DNA of 64,000 nt from an uncultured Actinomycetes bacterium. Its GTDB lineage: Bacteria; Actinomycetota; Actinomycetes; Streptosporangiales; Streptosporangiaceae. Within the stretch, counting starts at the first letter, position 1, and each line of letters opens with the position of its first letter. This document shows positions 32,595-43,039 of this stretch, in pieces. A program made the position numbers and the translations under genes. Below the pieces are notes generated by a model. It saw only the letters and a program-made list of their open reading frames with translations, was not told where the DNA came from and ran no database searches. The stretch lies in assembly GCA_963804455.1 (NCBI GenBank), contig CAWDRD010000125.1:29057-93056 (forward strand), in the 5' to 3' direction.

Positions 32595-32849
32595 TCAATG
32601 TGCGCGATCAGGTAAGGGTTCGGGGAAGGGGTCGAGCGGATCCGTCCATTCGCTGACATCTACCGTCCTGAAGCCGCGGGAGTCGATGACCAGCACGGTC
32701 TTCCCTCTGGGAATCGGCTCCGGCGAATAGGCGATGTAGGCTTCCGTACCGCCCCGGATCTTGAGCAGCACCTCACCCGGGCCCGCCTGCCCTCGCGTCG
32801 CGATAATCACGACGCCGATGCAGCCGATCAGGGACGCGTCCTCAGACAC
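32595..32849 (-). CDS. NfeD-family small OB-fold membrane protein, operonic with flotillin
   Basis: 84 aa. TM helix plus C-terminal beta-rich region (GKTVLVIDSRGFRTVDVSEW). 13-bp gap to the flotillin gene. Confidence 0.65.
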   Translation of the reverse strand: MSEDASLIGCIGVVIIATRGQAGPGEVLLKIRGGTEAYIAYSPEPIPRGKTVLVIDSRGFRTVDVSEWTDPLDPFPEPLPDRAH

Positions 32850-33045
32850 CGCCCGCCGCTCCTCGCCTCACCCCGTTAGTGACTTCACACTAGCCCTCCC
32901 AGCGACCATTCCGGCCGTCCACTCGGCCATATCCCGCTCAACCACCCCCCTTCCCCAACCGCCCCACCGTGATCATGAACTCGATCGCGCCAGAGGCCTG
33001 CTGCAGACTCGGGTCAGCGTCTCACTTAATGAGACAGTTCGGGCC

Positions 33046-33091
33046 GCCAGGCATCAACAGTTCGAATTTTTGCCCCTATAGGGGCAAAAAT
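33046..33091. terminator. perfect 46-bp AT-rich palindrome (aacagttcgaatttttgcccc-tata-ggggcaaaaattcgaactgtt); bidirectional terminator-like or operator
   Basis: 21-bp perfect arms around a self-complementary tata core, read directly in the sequence. GC core stem flanked by T5 and A5 runs. A second small palindrome gtctca-cttaa-tgagac lies at about 33009-33025. Confidence 0.5.
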
Positions 33092-33538
33092 TCGAACTGT
33101 TACTCGAATGGCCCTTCCTCCTGGGACTGGCCAGCGCAGCGGCGGGCGGCCGGGCGGGCGACGGGCAAGAGGGCGACGGGCCGCGCAGGACAGTGGAAGC
33201 GGGAGGCGACGGGCCGCGCAGGACAGTGGAAGCGGGATAGGCCTGGCCGGACGATACAGCGGACCGGGCGGGCGGACCAGGCCGCCCCAATGAAGACGGC
33301 CCGGGCTAGCGAGGAACCGGGCGGGCCGGGCGGGCGGGCTGGGCCGGAGCGGCAGACCGGGCGGGCGGAAGAAAATCTGGGGGGCCGGAATAGCGGGCCG
33401 GGGCCCCACGTTACTAACGATCGCTGGTGTGTTCGTGTCCCCCGGGCCGCAACTCATCTGCCTTCGCGGAATACCGTCCGGCTGGAGCCGCGTCGTGCCA
33501 CTCGCCGAGAGGCGACCGGCACACCAGCGCATCGCGCG

Positions 33539-33571
33539 GAGGCCCGCGGACCATACAGGTCCGCGGGCCTC
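33539..33571. other. strong GC hairpin (14-bp perfect arms gaggcccgcggacc / ggtccgcgggcctc, 5-nt loop)
   Basis: Perfect inverted repeat read in the sequence. No flanking U-tract. Confidence 0.4.
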
Positions 33572-33900
33572 TGCGCTACCAACCCTTTGACCCGCCCAGT
33601 CCCGATCGACACCCTGACCTGCCCGGCCCCAGGCGACATCTTGACCTGTCTAGTCTCAAGTTACGTCGGCGTGTCGCCTCAAATGGCATCTGAGCTGCGG
33701 AAACGCTGCATTTAGCCGCGAAAAAGTAGCCAGAAAGATTCAGTAAGCCCTGGGGCGTGATACCAGGTTGATCATCCACGGACGGCCCCAGCGCCGCGCC
33801 GGAGAGTGGCACGTAGCCAGAACACCAACCCACCCTGTCCGTCGTTTGCCCAGGTCCGCGCCGGTATCCAGGCCACCTGGACTACGTAACTTAGGTCTAG

Positions 33901-34186
33901 TCCCGGGCGACGGCGTGGGCTGCCAGTCCCGGGCGACGGCGTGGGCTGCCAGTCCCGGGCGACGGCGTGGGCTGCCAGTCCCGGGCGACGGCGTGGGCTG
34001 CCAGTCCCGGGCGACGGCGTGGGCTGCCAGTCCCGGGCGACGGCGTGGGCTGCCAGTCCCGGGCGACGGCGTGGGCTGCCAGTCCCGGGCGACGGCGTGG
34101 GCTGCCAGTCCCGGGCGACGGCGTGGGCTGCCAGTCCCGGGCGACGGCGTGGGCTGCCAGTCCCGGGCGACGGCGTGGCTGCCCGG
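33901..34186. repeat. 26-bp tandem repeat (tcccgggcgacggcgtgggctgccag) x ~10.5, non-coding period
   Basis: Ten essentially perfect head-to-tail copies plus a degenerate 11th. Period 26 is not a multiple of 3, and the overlapping 754-aa and 624-aa ORFs are GC artefacts. Confidence 0.9.
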
Positions 34187-34355
34187 TCCCGCGGCGGCGT
34201 GGGCCGGGTTCCCGCGGGCGTCGCGTCTCGTCGGGAAGGGCCTACGGAGGCGTCTCGGGCCCTACGGACAGAGCCGCCACCAAAGCCACGCCAGCCCGCG
34301 GGTGCCCTGCCCACGCCACCGCCCCCCCCGGACTCACCCCCGGCCCCGCCTAGGA

Positions 34356-35291
34356 TCAGCCGAGCGGCCAGCGGACCCCCGTAGCGGCCAGGACGTCCGC
34401 CCCGGACGGCAGCCCGTCCTGCGCTCCGCGCCGGGTGACCGCGGCCGCGCCGGCCGCGCAGGCCAGCCGGACCGTCTCGGCCGCGGGCAGGCCGGCCGCG
34501 GAGGCCACGGCCAGGGCGGCCACGAACGCATCCCCGGCCCCGACGCTGTCCACGCTGCGCACGCGGAAGCCGGGCACGGTGACGTGCCCCGCCGCCCCGG
34601 CCAGCACCGCCCCGTCCGCCCCCAGGGTGATCACCACATGCCGGGCCCCCGCTTTGGCCAGCGCGGCCGCCGCCGCTGCGGCCTCGGCCGGGCCGGTCAC
34701 CTCGCGGCCGAGCACCATGCCAGCCTCGGGCGCATTCAGCACCAGCCAGTCCGCCCCGGCCGCGACGAGCTCGCGCGCCTGGGCGGGTACCGGGGCAAGG
34801 TTGAGCACCGACCGCACCCCCGCGGCCCGGGCCCGGGCCAGGGCATCCGCCAGCGTGGGGACCGGGATCTCGGCGGATGCCACCAGCGCGTCGCACGGGC
34901 TGGCGAACGCCGCGGCCACCTCGGCCGGGCCAGCCAGGCCGTTCGCCCCCGGGGCCACCGTGATGGAGTTCTCCCCGGCCGCATCCACCGTGATCAGGGC
35001 CAGCCCGGACGGGGTGCCGGCGACCGGGCGCACCCCGGTCACATCCACCCCGGCGGAACTCAGCGCGCCGCGCAGGGTGGCACCGAAGTCGTCCTCGCCG
35101 CAGCAGCCGGACATCCGCACCGAGGCGCCCAGCCGGGCCGCGGCCAGCGCCTGGTTGGCGCCCTTGCCGCCGGGCTGGAATACCGCCGCGGAGCCGAGGA
35201 CCGTCTCCCCCGGGCCAGCCAGCCGGGGCACGGCCACCGAGATATCCATGTTCAGGCTGCCCAGCACAGTAATTCGCGGCCGTTGCGGCAT
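34356..35291 (-). CDS. rbsK: ribokinase / PfkB-family sugar kinase
   Basis: Internal ATG (MPQRPRITVLGSLNMDI) with gaggagg RBS 6 nt upstream. GG dipeptide (QPGGKGANQA). C-terminal GAGDAF anion-hole motif (VDSVGAGDAFVAALAV). Confidence 0.85.
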   Translation of the reverse strand: MPQRPRITVLGSLNMDISVAVPRLAGPGETVLGSAAVFQPGGKGANQALAAARLGASVRMSGCCGEDDFGATLRGALSSAGVDVTGVRPVAGTPSGLALITVDAAGENSITVAPGANGLAGPAEVAAAFASPCDALVASAEIPVPTLADALARARAAGVRSVLNLAPVPAQARELVAAGADWLVLNAPEAGMVLGREVTGPAEAAAAAAALAKAGARHVVITLGADGAVLAGAAGHVTVPGFRVRSVDSVGAGDAFVAALAVASAAGLPAAETVRLACAAGAAAVTRRGAQDGLPSGADVLAATGVRWPLG

Positions 35292-35347
35292 CCAGTCCTC
35301 CTCGACACGCTGGGCAGGCGCCGCTCCGGGCGGGCCGGCCGGGTGTG

Positions 35348-35800
35348 CCTCCCGGCGGGCCCCTCCGGGCGGGCGCGCCGGGTTCCCGCCCACCGCCCCT
35401 CCGGGCGGACCGACTGGGTTTCCGCCCGGCCACCGCCCAGCTTGCCAGGGGCGGCCGGGCCGCAGGGGTTTTCGTTGCGGCTGGGCGGTTGTCATTTGCC
35501 TCCCGGCGGGCTCCTCCGGGCGGGCGCGCCGGGTTCCCGCCCACCGCCCCTCCGGGCGGACCGACTGGGTTTCCGCCCGGCCACCGCCCAGCTTGCCAGG
35601 GGCGGCCGGGCCGCAGGGGTTTTCGTTGCGGCTGGGCAGTTGTCATTTGCCTCCCGGCGGGCTCCTCCGGGCGGGCGCGCCGGGTTCCCGCCCACCGCCC
35701 CTCCGGGCGGACCGACTGGGTTTCCGCCCGGCCACCGCCCAGCTTGCCAGGGGCGGCCGGGCCGCAGGGGTTTTCGTTGCGGCTGGGCAGTTGTCAGCGG
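35348..35800. repeat. 151-bp tandem repeat x3 immediately upstream of rbsK, each copy carrying gggagg-N3-ATG plus about 50 codons
   Basis: Three near-identical copies (unit starts at about 35348, 35499, 35650). Each encodes MTTAQPQRKPLRPGRPWQAGRWPGGNPVGPPGGAVGGNPARPPGGARREA on the minus strand. The proximal copy is in frame with rbsK. Confidence 0.9.
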
Positions 35801-36096
35801 GCACCGGGCCAGGCCGCGGTGGCACTGGCCCGCGGGGCTTTTCTGCCTGATCGCGGGGTATATCAGTGCTGCGGGGCGGCGGCCGGGCCGGCCAGCCCCG
35901 TCCCAGCGCGGGCCACGGGGGCGGGCGGCGTGCGCTGGGCATGCTCCCGCGCACCCGGCACGGATGGCTCACGCTCGCGTTACGAGTGCACGCAAATCGC
36001 GACCAGTCCCCCCATCAGAGGGCTTACCTTAGGCAAAGACAGGACCGAAAGGGAACGACGTGGCCAGCTGGGACAGACAGTCCGGCATTGGGTACG

Positions 36097-38145
36097 GTGA
36101 GTAAAATCACCGCGCTCGTGTCGAACACTTCTTTCCGGACCCTGATCCTGGGCATCGATAAAGACGGCCGGATCATCCAGCACGATCGCAGCGCGCCGGA
36201 GATCCTGTCGCTCGATCCCGTCTCGCTGGTCGGGGCGCACCTGGGTGACCTGATCGCAGGCCCGTCCCCGACCGAGTCCGCCCTGGACAACCTGCTGGAA
36301 GCGGTCCGCGACGGGCGCGAGGCCACCGCGGTACTGCTCATCGGCACCCGGGAAGGGCGGCGGCTGGAGTCCGTGGCCAGCGTGCAGCCGATGCACGGGG
36401 AGACCGCCGGGCTGGCCGCGCTGGCCGTGCTCCGGATGCCAGCGACCCGGCACGAGCGGTTCGTGGACCCGGCGCTGATGCGGCACTCGCTGCTGGACGA
36501 CACGTTCCGCCAGATCGGCGCGACGCTGGACCTTGATCAGGTCGCCCGCGGCCTGATCAACATCCTGGTGCCGCACTTCTGCAACGCCGCGGGCCTGCTG
36601 GTGCTGGAGAGCGTCGCGGCCGGGGATGAGTTCCCGGTCAACCCGCCGGACGGCTCCCAGATGCTGCGCCGCCTGGCCGTGGCGTCCGACGACGGCTCCC
36701 CCAGCTGGGACGCTGCGTTCCCCACCGGGGAGGTGCTGCTGTACCCGCCGGGCACGCCCTACGTGGACTGCATGAGCACGGGCAAGCCGGTCCGGATCAC
36801 CAACATGGACGAGGCGACGGCGGACAGCATCGCCGAATCATGGCTGCGCCGGCCGGTCCGCAAGCTGCTGTCCGGGACGTCCATGCTGTTGCTGCCGCTG
36901 ATCACTAAAGACGCCGTGCTGGGCTTCTTCGTGTGCCTGCGGAAGAACGGCTACCGCCCGTTCGACGACTACGACCCCGAGATCGGCCTGGAGTTCGCGT
37001 CCCGGGCCGCGATCTTCATCGACAACGCACGGCAGTACTACCGGGAGCGCACCACCGCCCTGACGTTGCAGCGGAGCCTGCTGCCGACCGGGCTGTCCGT
37101 CGCCGTCGTCGATGGAGGTCAGGCACCGCTACCTGCCCGGCAGCAAGCTGATCGAGGTCGGCGGGGACTGGTATGAGTCGATCGCGCTGCCCGGGGCGCG
37201 TGCGGCCCTGGTGGTGGGCGACGTGGCCGGGCACGGGGTGCGCGCGGCCGTGACCATGGGGCGGCTGCGCACGGCCATCCACACGCTGGCCATGCTGGAG
37301 CTGGCGCCCGCCGATTCGCTGCAGCAGCTGAACGAGCTGATGACCTCGCTCGGCGAGCGCGAACCGCACTTCGCCACCTGCGCCTACGCGCTGTACGACG
37401 CGGTCACCGGCAGCTGCGAGATCGCCTCGGCCGGCCATCTGCCCCCGCTGCTGGTCCGGCCGGACGGCACCGCCGAGTTCCTGGACACCTCCCCGGCCCC
37501 GCCGCTCGGCGTCGGTGACTTCCCGATCGAAAGCCGGACGTTCGAGATCGAGGACGACAGCCTGCTCGTCCTGTACACCGACGGGCTGGTCGAGGACCGC
37601 AACCGGGACATCGACGACGGCCTGAACTTCCTGCGGAAAGTGTTCGTCGGGGATCTGTCCGGGCGCTCCGCTCGATGACCTGTGCCGCAACGCGCTGTCC
37701 GGGGTGTACGCCGCACCAGCAGCGGGACGACATCGCGATCCTGATCGCCCGGCTCAGCCGGATCCCCGCGGATCACCACGTCACCTGGACCCTGCCGGCC
37801 GAGCTGACCTCGGTGGCCAAGGCCCGCAGCCTGATCCGCGAGCCGCTGGAGCGGTGGAAGCTGGAGGACCTGATCCCGGTCACCGAGCTGCTGGTGTCCG
37901 AGCTGGTCACGAACGCCATCCGGTACGCGGTCGGAGAAGCCACGCTGCGCCTGGTGCTGGAGGGCACGCTGGTCGTCGAGGTCCTCGACAACTCCGCGGC
38001 GCTGCCCCGGCTGCGGCACGCCGGGCGGGACGAGGAATGCGGCCGCGGCCTGGAGGTGGTCAGCCAGTTCGCGCAGCGCTGGGGGTGCCCGGCGGACCGC
38101 CACGGGCAAGATCGTCTGGTGCGAGCAGGCCCTGCCTGGGGCTGA
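36097..38145 (+). CDS. multidomain PAS/GAF – PP2C(SpoIIE) phosphatase – HATPase (anti-sigma-type kinase) regulator; two frame breaks
   Basis: PAS/GAF region in ORF 35866..37176. PP2C motifs (VVGDVAGHGVRAAVTMGRLR...LYTDGLVE) in 37112..37678. RsbW-like HATPase_c (ELLVSELVTNAIRYA...GRGL) in 37675..38145. Start codon uncertain (GTG about 36097). Confidence 0.7.
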
Positions 38146-38185
38146 GCCCTCAGGCAGGCTGAGCCCGCTGCCCGGCTGAGCCCGC

Positions 38186-38509
38186 GGCCCAGGTCAGCCC
38201 GCGGCCCAGGTCAGCCCGCGGCCCAGGTCAGCCCGCGGCCCAGGTCAGCCCGCGGCCCAGGTCAGCCCGCGGCCCAGGTCAGCCCGCGGCCCAGGTCAGC
38301 CCGCGGCCCAGGTCAGCCCGCGGCCCAGGTCAGCCCACGGCCCAGGTCAGCCCACGGCCCAGGTCAGCCCACGGCCCAGGTCAGCCCACGGCCCAGGTCA
38401 GCCCACGGCTCAGGTCAGCCCACGGCTCAGGTCAGCCCACGGCTCAGGTCAGCCCACGGCCCAGGTCAGCCCACGGCCCAGGTCAGCCCACGGCTCAGGT
38501 CGCGGCGCC
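38186..38509. repeat. 18-bp minisatellite (ggcccaggtcagcccRcg) x ~18 between convergent genes
   Basis: Perfect head-to-tail units with ordered variants: cccgcg block, then cccacg block, then ggcTcagg variants. Degenerate copies from about 38140. The last unit contains the stop codon of the ABC ATPase gene. Confidence 0.9.
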
Positions 38510-39197
38510 GCGGGTGTCCTGCCGGATGGACAGCTTGCCGTTCTGCATGACGCCGACCCGCTGCGCCCGGCGGGCCACCGAGCTGTCGTGGGTGACCAGG
38601 ACCAGGGTCAGGCCCGCGCTCCCGCCACAGGTTCTCCAGCAGGGCGATGATCTCGTCCCGGGTGTCCTCGTCCAGGTTGCCGGTCGGCTCGTCGGCCAGC
38701 AGCACCTTGGGCTCCTTGACCAGGGCCCGGGCGATGGCCACCCGCTGCTGCTGGCCGCCGGACAGCTCGGAGGGCAGGTGCCGCAGCCGCGGCCCGAGGC
38801 CCACGGTCTCCAGCGCGGTCGCGGCCCGGGCCTGCCGCTCGTGCGCCCCGATGCCCAGCGGCACGAGCGCGGTCTCCACGTTCTCCTGCGCGCTCAGCGT
38901 GGGCACCAGGTTGAAGGTCTGGAAGATGAACCCGATCGAGGTGGCCCGGACCCTGGTGACCTGGCTCTCCCGCAGCGCGGCCAGGTCCTGGCCGTCGAAC
39001 TCGACGATGCCGCTGGTCGGCCGGTCCAGGCCGCCGAGCATCTGCAGCAGCGTGGTCTTGCCGTGCCCGGTCGGGCCCTGGATGGCCAGCCACTCGCCGT
39101 CCGGAGATCACGAGGTCCACGCCCGCCAGCGCGTCGACCTGGCCCGGCCCTTCTGGTACCGCTTGGTCACGCCCGTCAGCTTGTACATGGTGTTCCT
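38504..39197 (-). CDS. ABC transporter ATP-binding protein (MacB/LolD/FtsE-like), multiple frame breaks
   Basis: [14 protein letters not shown]...[44 protein letters not shown] (Walker A) reconstructed across frames. [15 protein letters not shown] signature. Walker [13 protein letters not shown]-terminus ...[19 protein letters not shown]... Confidence 0.8.
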
Positions 39198-39218
39198 CTC
39201 CGTGCAGCGTGTGGCTGC

Positions 39219-40745
39219 TCACTCGACCCGGGACAGCGCGGCGGCGGGGCGCAGCCGGGCGGCCCGCCAGCCGCCGAACGAGCCGGCGATGAGGCCGCCG
39301 GCGATGGCTAGCACCACCGCGAGTACCACCGCGCTGAGGGTGACCGGGGCGTTGAGGTGAACCGCCACGGTGTCGGCGGCGTCCCGGGCGAGCGAGCTGA
39401 AGAACCCGCCGGGCCGGCCAGTGCCAGTCCCGGTGCCAGCGCCACCGCCGAAGCCCCCGCCACCGCCCAAGCCGCCCCCGCCGAAGCCGCCCCCGCCGGG
39501 GCCGAAGGCGCGCGCCCCGCCCGGGGTGGCCGAGCCGGTGGTCTGGCCGAGCGACGCGGTCAGCGGCGGGGACAGCCTTGACACCAGGGCTGACCCGGCG
39601 AACCCGAGCGCGACTCCGGCAAGGCCGCCGATGACGCCGATGACGACCGACTCGCCCATCACCTGGCCGACGATCCGGCGGCTACGCCAGCCGAGCGCCT
39701 TGAGCGTGCCGAATTCCCGGACCCGGCGCGAGACCGCCGCCCCGGTCAGCAGGCTGGCCAGCAGGAACGCGGCGACGAGCACGGCAATGGCCAGCCACTT
39801 GCCCAGGTTGTTGGCCAGGCTGGACGCGCTGGCCAGGGACCCGGTCACCTCGCTGGCCAGGTCGCTGGAGTTGGTCACCGTGGCCGACGGCAGCAGCGCG
39901 GAGATCTCCTTGGACACCCCGCTGATGTTGGCGGCGTTGTCAGCCGCCACGTAGATCGTGTTGACCTGGCCGGTCATTTTCGCCAGCGCCTGCGCGCGGG
40001 CCAGCGGGATGAAGGTATCGGCGGAGTTGTCCGAGGCGGGCACGCTCACGATGCCGATGACCTTGAAGCTGGTGCTGGCGATGGTGATCGTCGACCCGGT
40101 CGTGAGCTTGTTCGAGGTGGCGTAGTTGGAGTCCACCACGGCGACGTTAGAGTTGCCGTCCGAGCTGGTGAAGGTCCGCCCGGAGGACAGCTTCGCCGCG
40201 CTGAGCGGGCCGAGTTCGCCGTGGGCCAGGTCCACCCCGTCCACCGTGAACGTGGTGATGTTGAAGTTCGAGCGGAAGCTCCCGCCACCGCCCCCGGGGC
40301 CGAAGCCGCCGCCGCTGGTGTTGACGGCCGGGACGGTCCCGGTGATGACCCGGTCGGTCAGGGTCAGCCCGCCCGCGGCCGCGGCCACGTTCGTCAGCTT
40401 GGCCACCGAGCTCACGTTCGCGGCGGTGAGGTTGCCCAGGCCGAGCGCGCTGAGGTTGTCGATATGGATCTTGCTTCCGGCAGCGGGCCGGGTCCGGGTC
40501 CCGACATTACCGCCCGCGGAGAACCCGAAGCCGTTACCGGACCCGGCGGATGGGGCTTTGGTCACGGTGATGTCCGTGCCCACCCCGTAGAGCGAGTGCA
40601 GCACGGTGCCCTGGGCGTTCTTGACGCCGGTGGCCGCGGCGGTCACCGTGATCACCAGCCCAATGCCCAGGGCCAGGCCGAGCGCGATGAAAACCGACTG
40701 CCGTATCCGCCGGCGCAGCTCGCGCCGGAGGTAGGTGAAGAACAT
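39219..40745 (-). CDS. ABC transporter permease, FtsX/MacB-type with large Gly-rich extracytoplasmic domain
   Basis: [33 protein letters not shown]-terminal TM. About 250-aa periplasmic domain. Three C-terminal TM helices (FtsX fold). Confidence 0.8.
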   Translation of the reverse strand: MFFTYLRRELRRRIRQSVFIALGLALGIGLVITVTAAATGVKNAQGTVLHSLYGVGTDITVTKAPSAGSGNGFGFSAGGNVGTRTRPAAGSKIHIDNLSALGLGNLTAANVSSVAKLTNVAAAAGGLTLTDRVITGTVPAVNTSGGGFGPGGGGGSFRSNFNITTFTVDGVDLAHGELGPLSAAKLSSGRTFTSSDGNSNVAVVDSNYATSNKLTTGSTITIASTSFKVIGIVSVPASDNSADTFIPLARAQALAKMTGQVNTIYVAADNAANISGVSKEISALLPSATVTNSSDLASEVTGSLASASSLANNLGKWLAIAVLVAAFLLASLLTGAAVSRRVREFGTLKALGWRSRRIVGQVMGESVVIGVIGGLAGVALGFAGSALVSRLSPPLTASLGQTTGSATPGGARAFGPGGGGFGGGGLGGGGGFGGGAGTGTGTGRPGGFFSSLARDAADTVAVHLNAPVTLSAVVLAVVLAIAGGLIAGSFGGWRAARLRPAAALSRVE

Positions 40746-41073
40746 GGATTCCTCCGGGCATGCCCACATCGGCCCGCGGGACGGATGCTGGTCCGAGGGC
40801 CGACGCTGGTCCAGGAAAGTGCGGGGCCGTAGCGCACCGGACTGGCCTGGCAGCGCGCCGGGCCTGTATCACGTGCGTGAGGTTGATCTTCGTGGTTATT
40901 TCTTGGCGGACGCTGAATGGCTGCTGCGGGAAAACCCGCGATCCGGCCTCGATCCGGTCACGCCCGGCCGGCCCTCCCCCGCCGGCGGGGAGACGCGGGG
41001 CGGCGCGGGACGGCGCGGGACGTACAACGGCCGGGACCCCTGAGGGGCCCCGGCCGCGGAAAGCGCCTGCCGG

Positions 41074-42081
41074 TTAGGTGTCGCGCATGGCCCGCAGGCC
41101 CTCGCGCAGCGAGCCCATCGTGGCCAGCACGGCCGAGGGCTCGTAGCCACAGTGCGCCATGCAGTTCGAGCAGCGCGGGTCCTTGCCCCGGCCGTAGGAG
41201 TCCCAGTCCGTGGTCTCGATCAGTTCCTGGTACGTCTTCACGTATCCGTCGGACATCAGGTAGCAGGGCTTCTGCCAGCCCAGCAGCGAGTAGGACGGGA
41301 TGCCCCACGCGGTGCAGCCGAAGTCGGCCTTGCCCTCCAGGAAGTCCAGGAACAGCGGGGTGTGGTTGAGCCGCCAGCGCTTCCGGTTCCCGTCGCCGAA
41401 CGCCTTGCTTGAACAGTTCCCGGGTCTCGGTCACGCCGAGGAAGTGCTCCTGGTCCGGCGCCTTCTCGTAGGCGTAGGCCGGGCGAGATCTGCATCTCGT
41501 CGATGCCCAGGTCGTCGTTGAGGTAGTTGAGCACGTCGATGACGGTCTGCGGGGTGTCGGTGTTGAAGAACGTGGTGTTCGTGTTGACCTTGAACCCGCG
41601 CTTCTTGGCCATCTTGATCGCCGCGACGGCCTCGTCGAACACGCCTTCCTTGCACACTGACTCGTCGTGCCGGTCGCTTCAGCCCGTCGATGTGCACGAC
41701 CCAGGCGAAGTACGGCGACGGCTTGAACTTGTCGATCTTCTTCGGCATCAGCAGCGCGTTGGTGCACAGGAAGACGAACTTCTTCCGCTTGATCAGCTCG
41801 GCGACCAGCACGTCGATCTGCGGGTGCATGAGCGGCTCGCCGCCGGCGATGGACACCATGGGCGCGCCGCATTCGTCGATCGCGGCCAGCGCCTGCTCCA
41901 CCGGCATCCGCTGCTTGAGCAGGGTGTGCGGCTGCTGGATCTTCCCGCAGCCCGCGCACTTCAGGTTGCAGGCGAACAGCGGCTCGAGTTCCACGAGCAG
42001 CGGGAACTTCTTCTTGCCGGTCAGCTTCTGGCGCATCAGGTAAGAGCCGATGCGCAGGCTCTGGCGCATGGACACGCTCAT
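41074..42081 (-). CDS. hpnH: hopanoid-associated radical SAM protein HpnH (adenosylhopane synthase), at least 3 frame breaks
   Basis: [27 protein letters not shown] (CxxxCxxC) ...[29 protein letters not shown] in 41431..42081. Middle ([16 protein letters not shown]...) and C-terminus ([27 protein letters not shown]) in other frames. Confidence 0.85.
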
Positions 42082-43039
42082 GACTGCCTAACCTCCTTGG
42101 GCAGGCTGAAACGGATGTTCTCAGTGGTGATCACTCGTTCATCGACTTCGACCGGGCCGAGCCCGCCGAGCGCCGCGATGATGTCACCGACCACGGCCGG
42201 GGGCGCGGACGCGCCCGCCGTCACGCCGATCCGGGAAACCCCGGCCAGCCAGCCCAGCTCGATATCGGACGGCCCATCGATCAGGTACGCCTGGGTACCT
42301 GCCCGCTGCGCCGTCTCGACCAGCCGGACCGAGTTCGATGAGTTCGCCGACCCGGCGACCAGCACCAGGTCGGTTTCGGCGGCGACCACGCGGACCGCCT
42401 GCTGCCGGTTGGTGGTGGCGTAGCAGATGTCGTCGCTGCCCGGCGCCCGGGCGGCCGGGAACCGGTCGCGCAGCGCCTCGGCGATGTCGGCCGCCTCGTC
42501 CGCGGCCAGCGTGGTCTGCATCAGGTAGGCGACCTTGTCCGGGTCGTCCGGCCGCAGCGAGCTGACGTCGGCCGGGCTCTCCACCAGCGCCATCGCGTCC
42601 GGCGCCTCGCCCAGGGTGCCCACGACCTCCTCGTGGCCCGCGTGCCCGATCAGCGCGACCAGGTACCCGTCGCTGGCGAACCGGCGGGCCTCCGCGTGCA
42701 CCTTGGCCACCAGCGGGCACGTCGCGTCGATGGTGTCGCAGGCCGCGATGTTCTGCCTCGGCCCGGACCGAGGGGGCCACGCCATGCGCGGAGAACACGA
42801 CGCAGGCGCCGTCCGGCACCTCATCGAGCTCATCAACGAATACCGCTCCCCGCTGCCTCAAGCCCGGCGACGACATGGGAGTTGTGCACGATCTGCTTGC
42901 GCACGTAGACCGGCGGGCCGTGTTGCTCCAGTACGCGCTCGACGATCTCGATGGCCCGTTCCACTCCGGCGCAGAACGACCGCGGGCCGGCCAGCAGGAT
43001 CTGGCGCTGCCCGGTCGCTGCGGCCCAGCGGGCCAGCAC
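42078..43039 (-). CDS. ispH: 4-hydroxy-3-methylbut-2-enyl diphosphate reductase IspH/LytB (cluster-associated copy), frame break near 42836
   Basis: N-terminus ...[40 protein letters not shown] in ORF 42833..43804. C-terminal two thirds in ORF 42078..42836 (...CPLVAKVH...SSNS...). Confidence 0.8.

Noticed and set aside
33901-34186. Possible CRISPR array (regular short repeats)
   Set aside because: Units are contiguous head-to-tail with no unique spacers. The same holds for the 18-bp (38186-38509) and 15-bp arrays, and there are no cas genes. These are satellite or slipped-strand repeats, not CRISPR.
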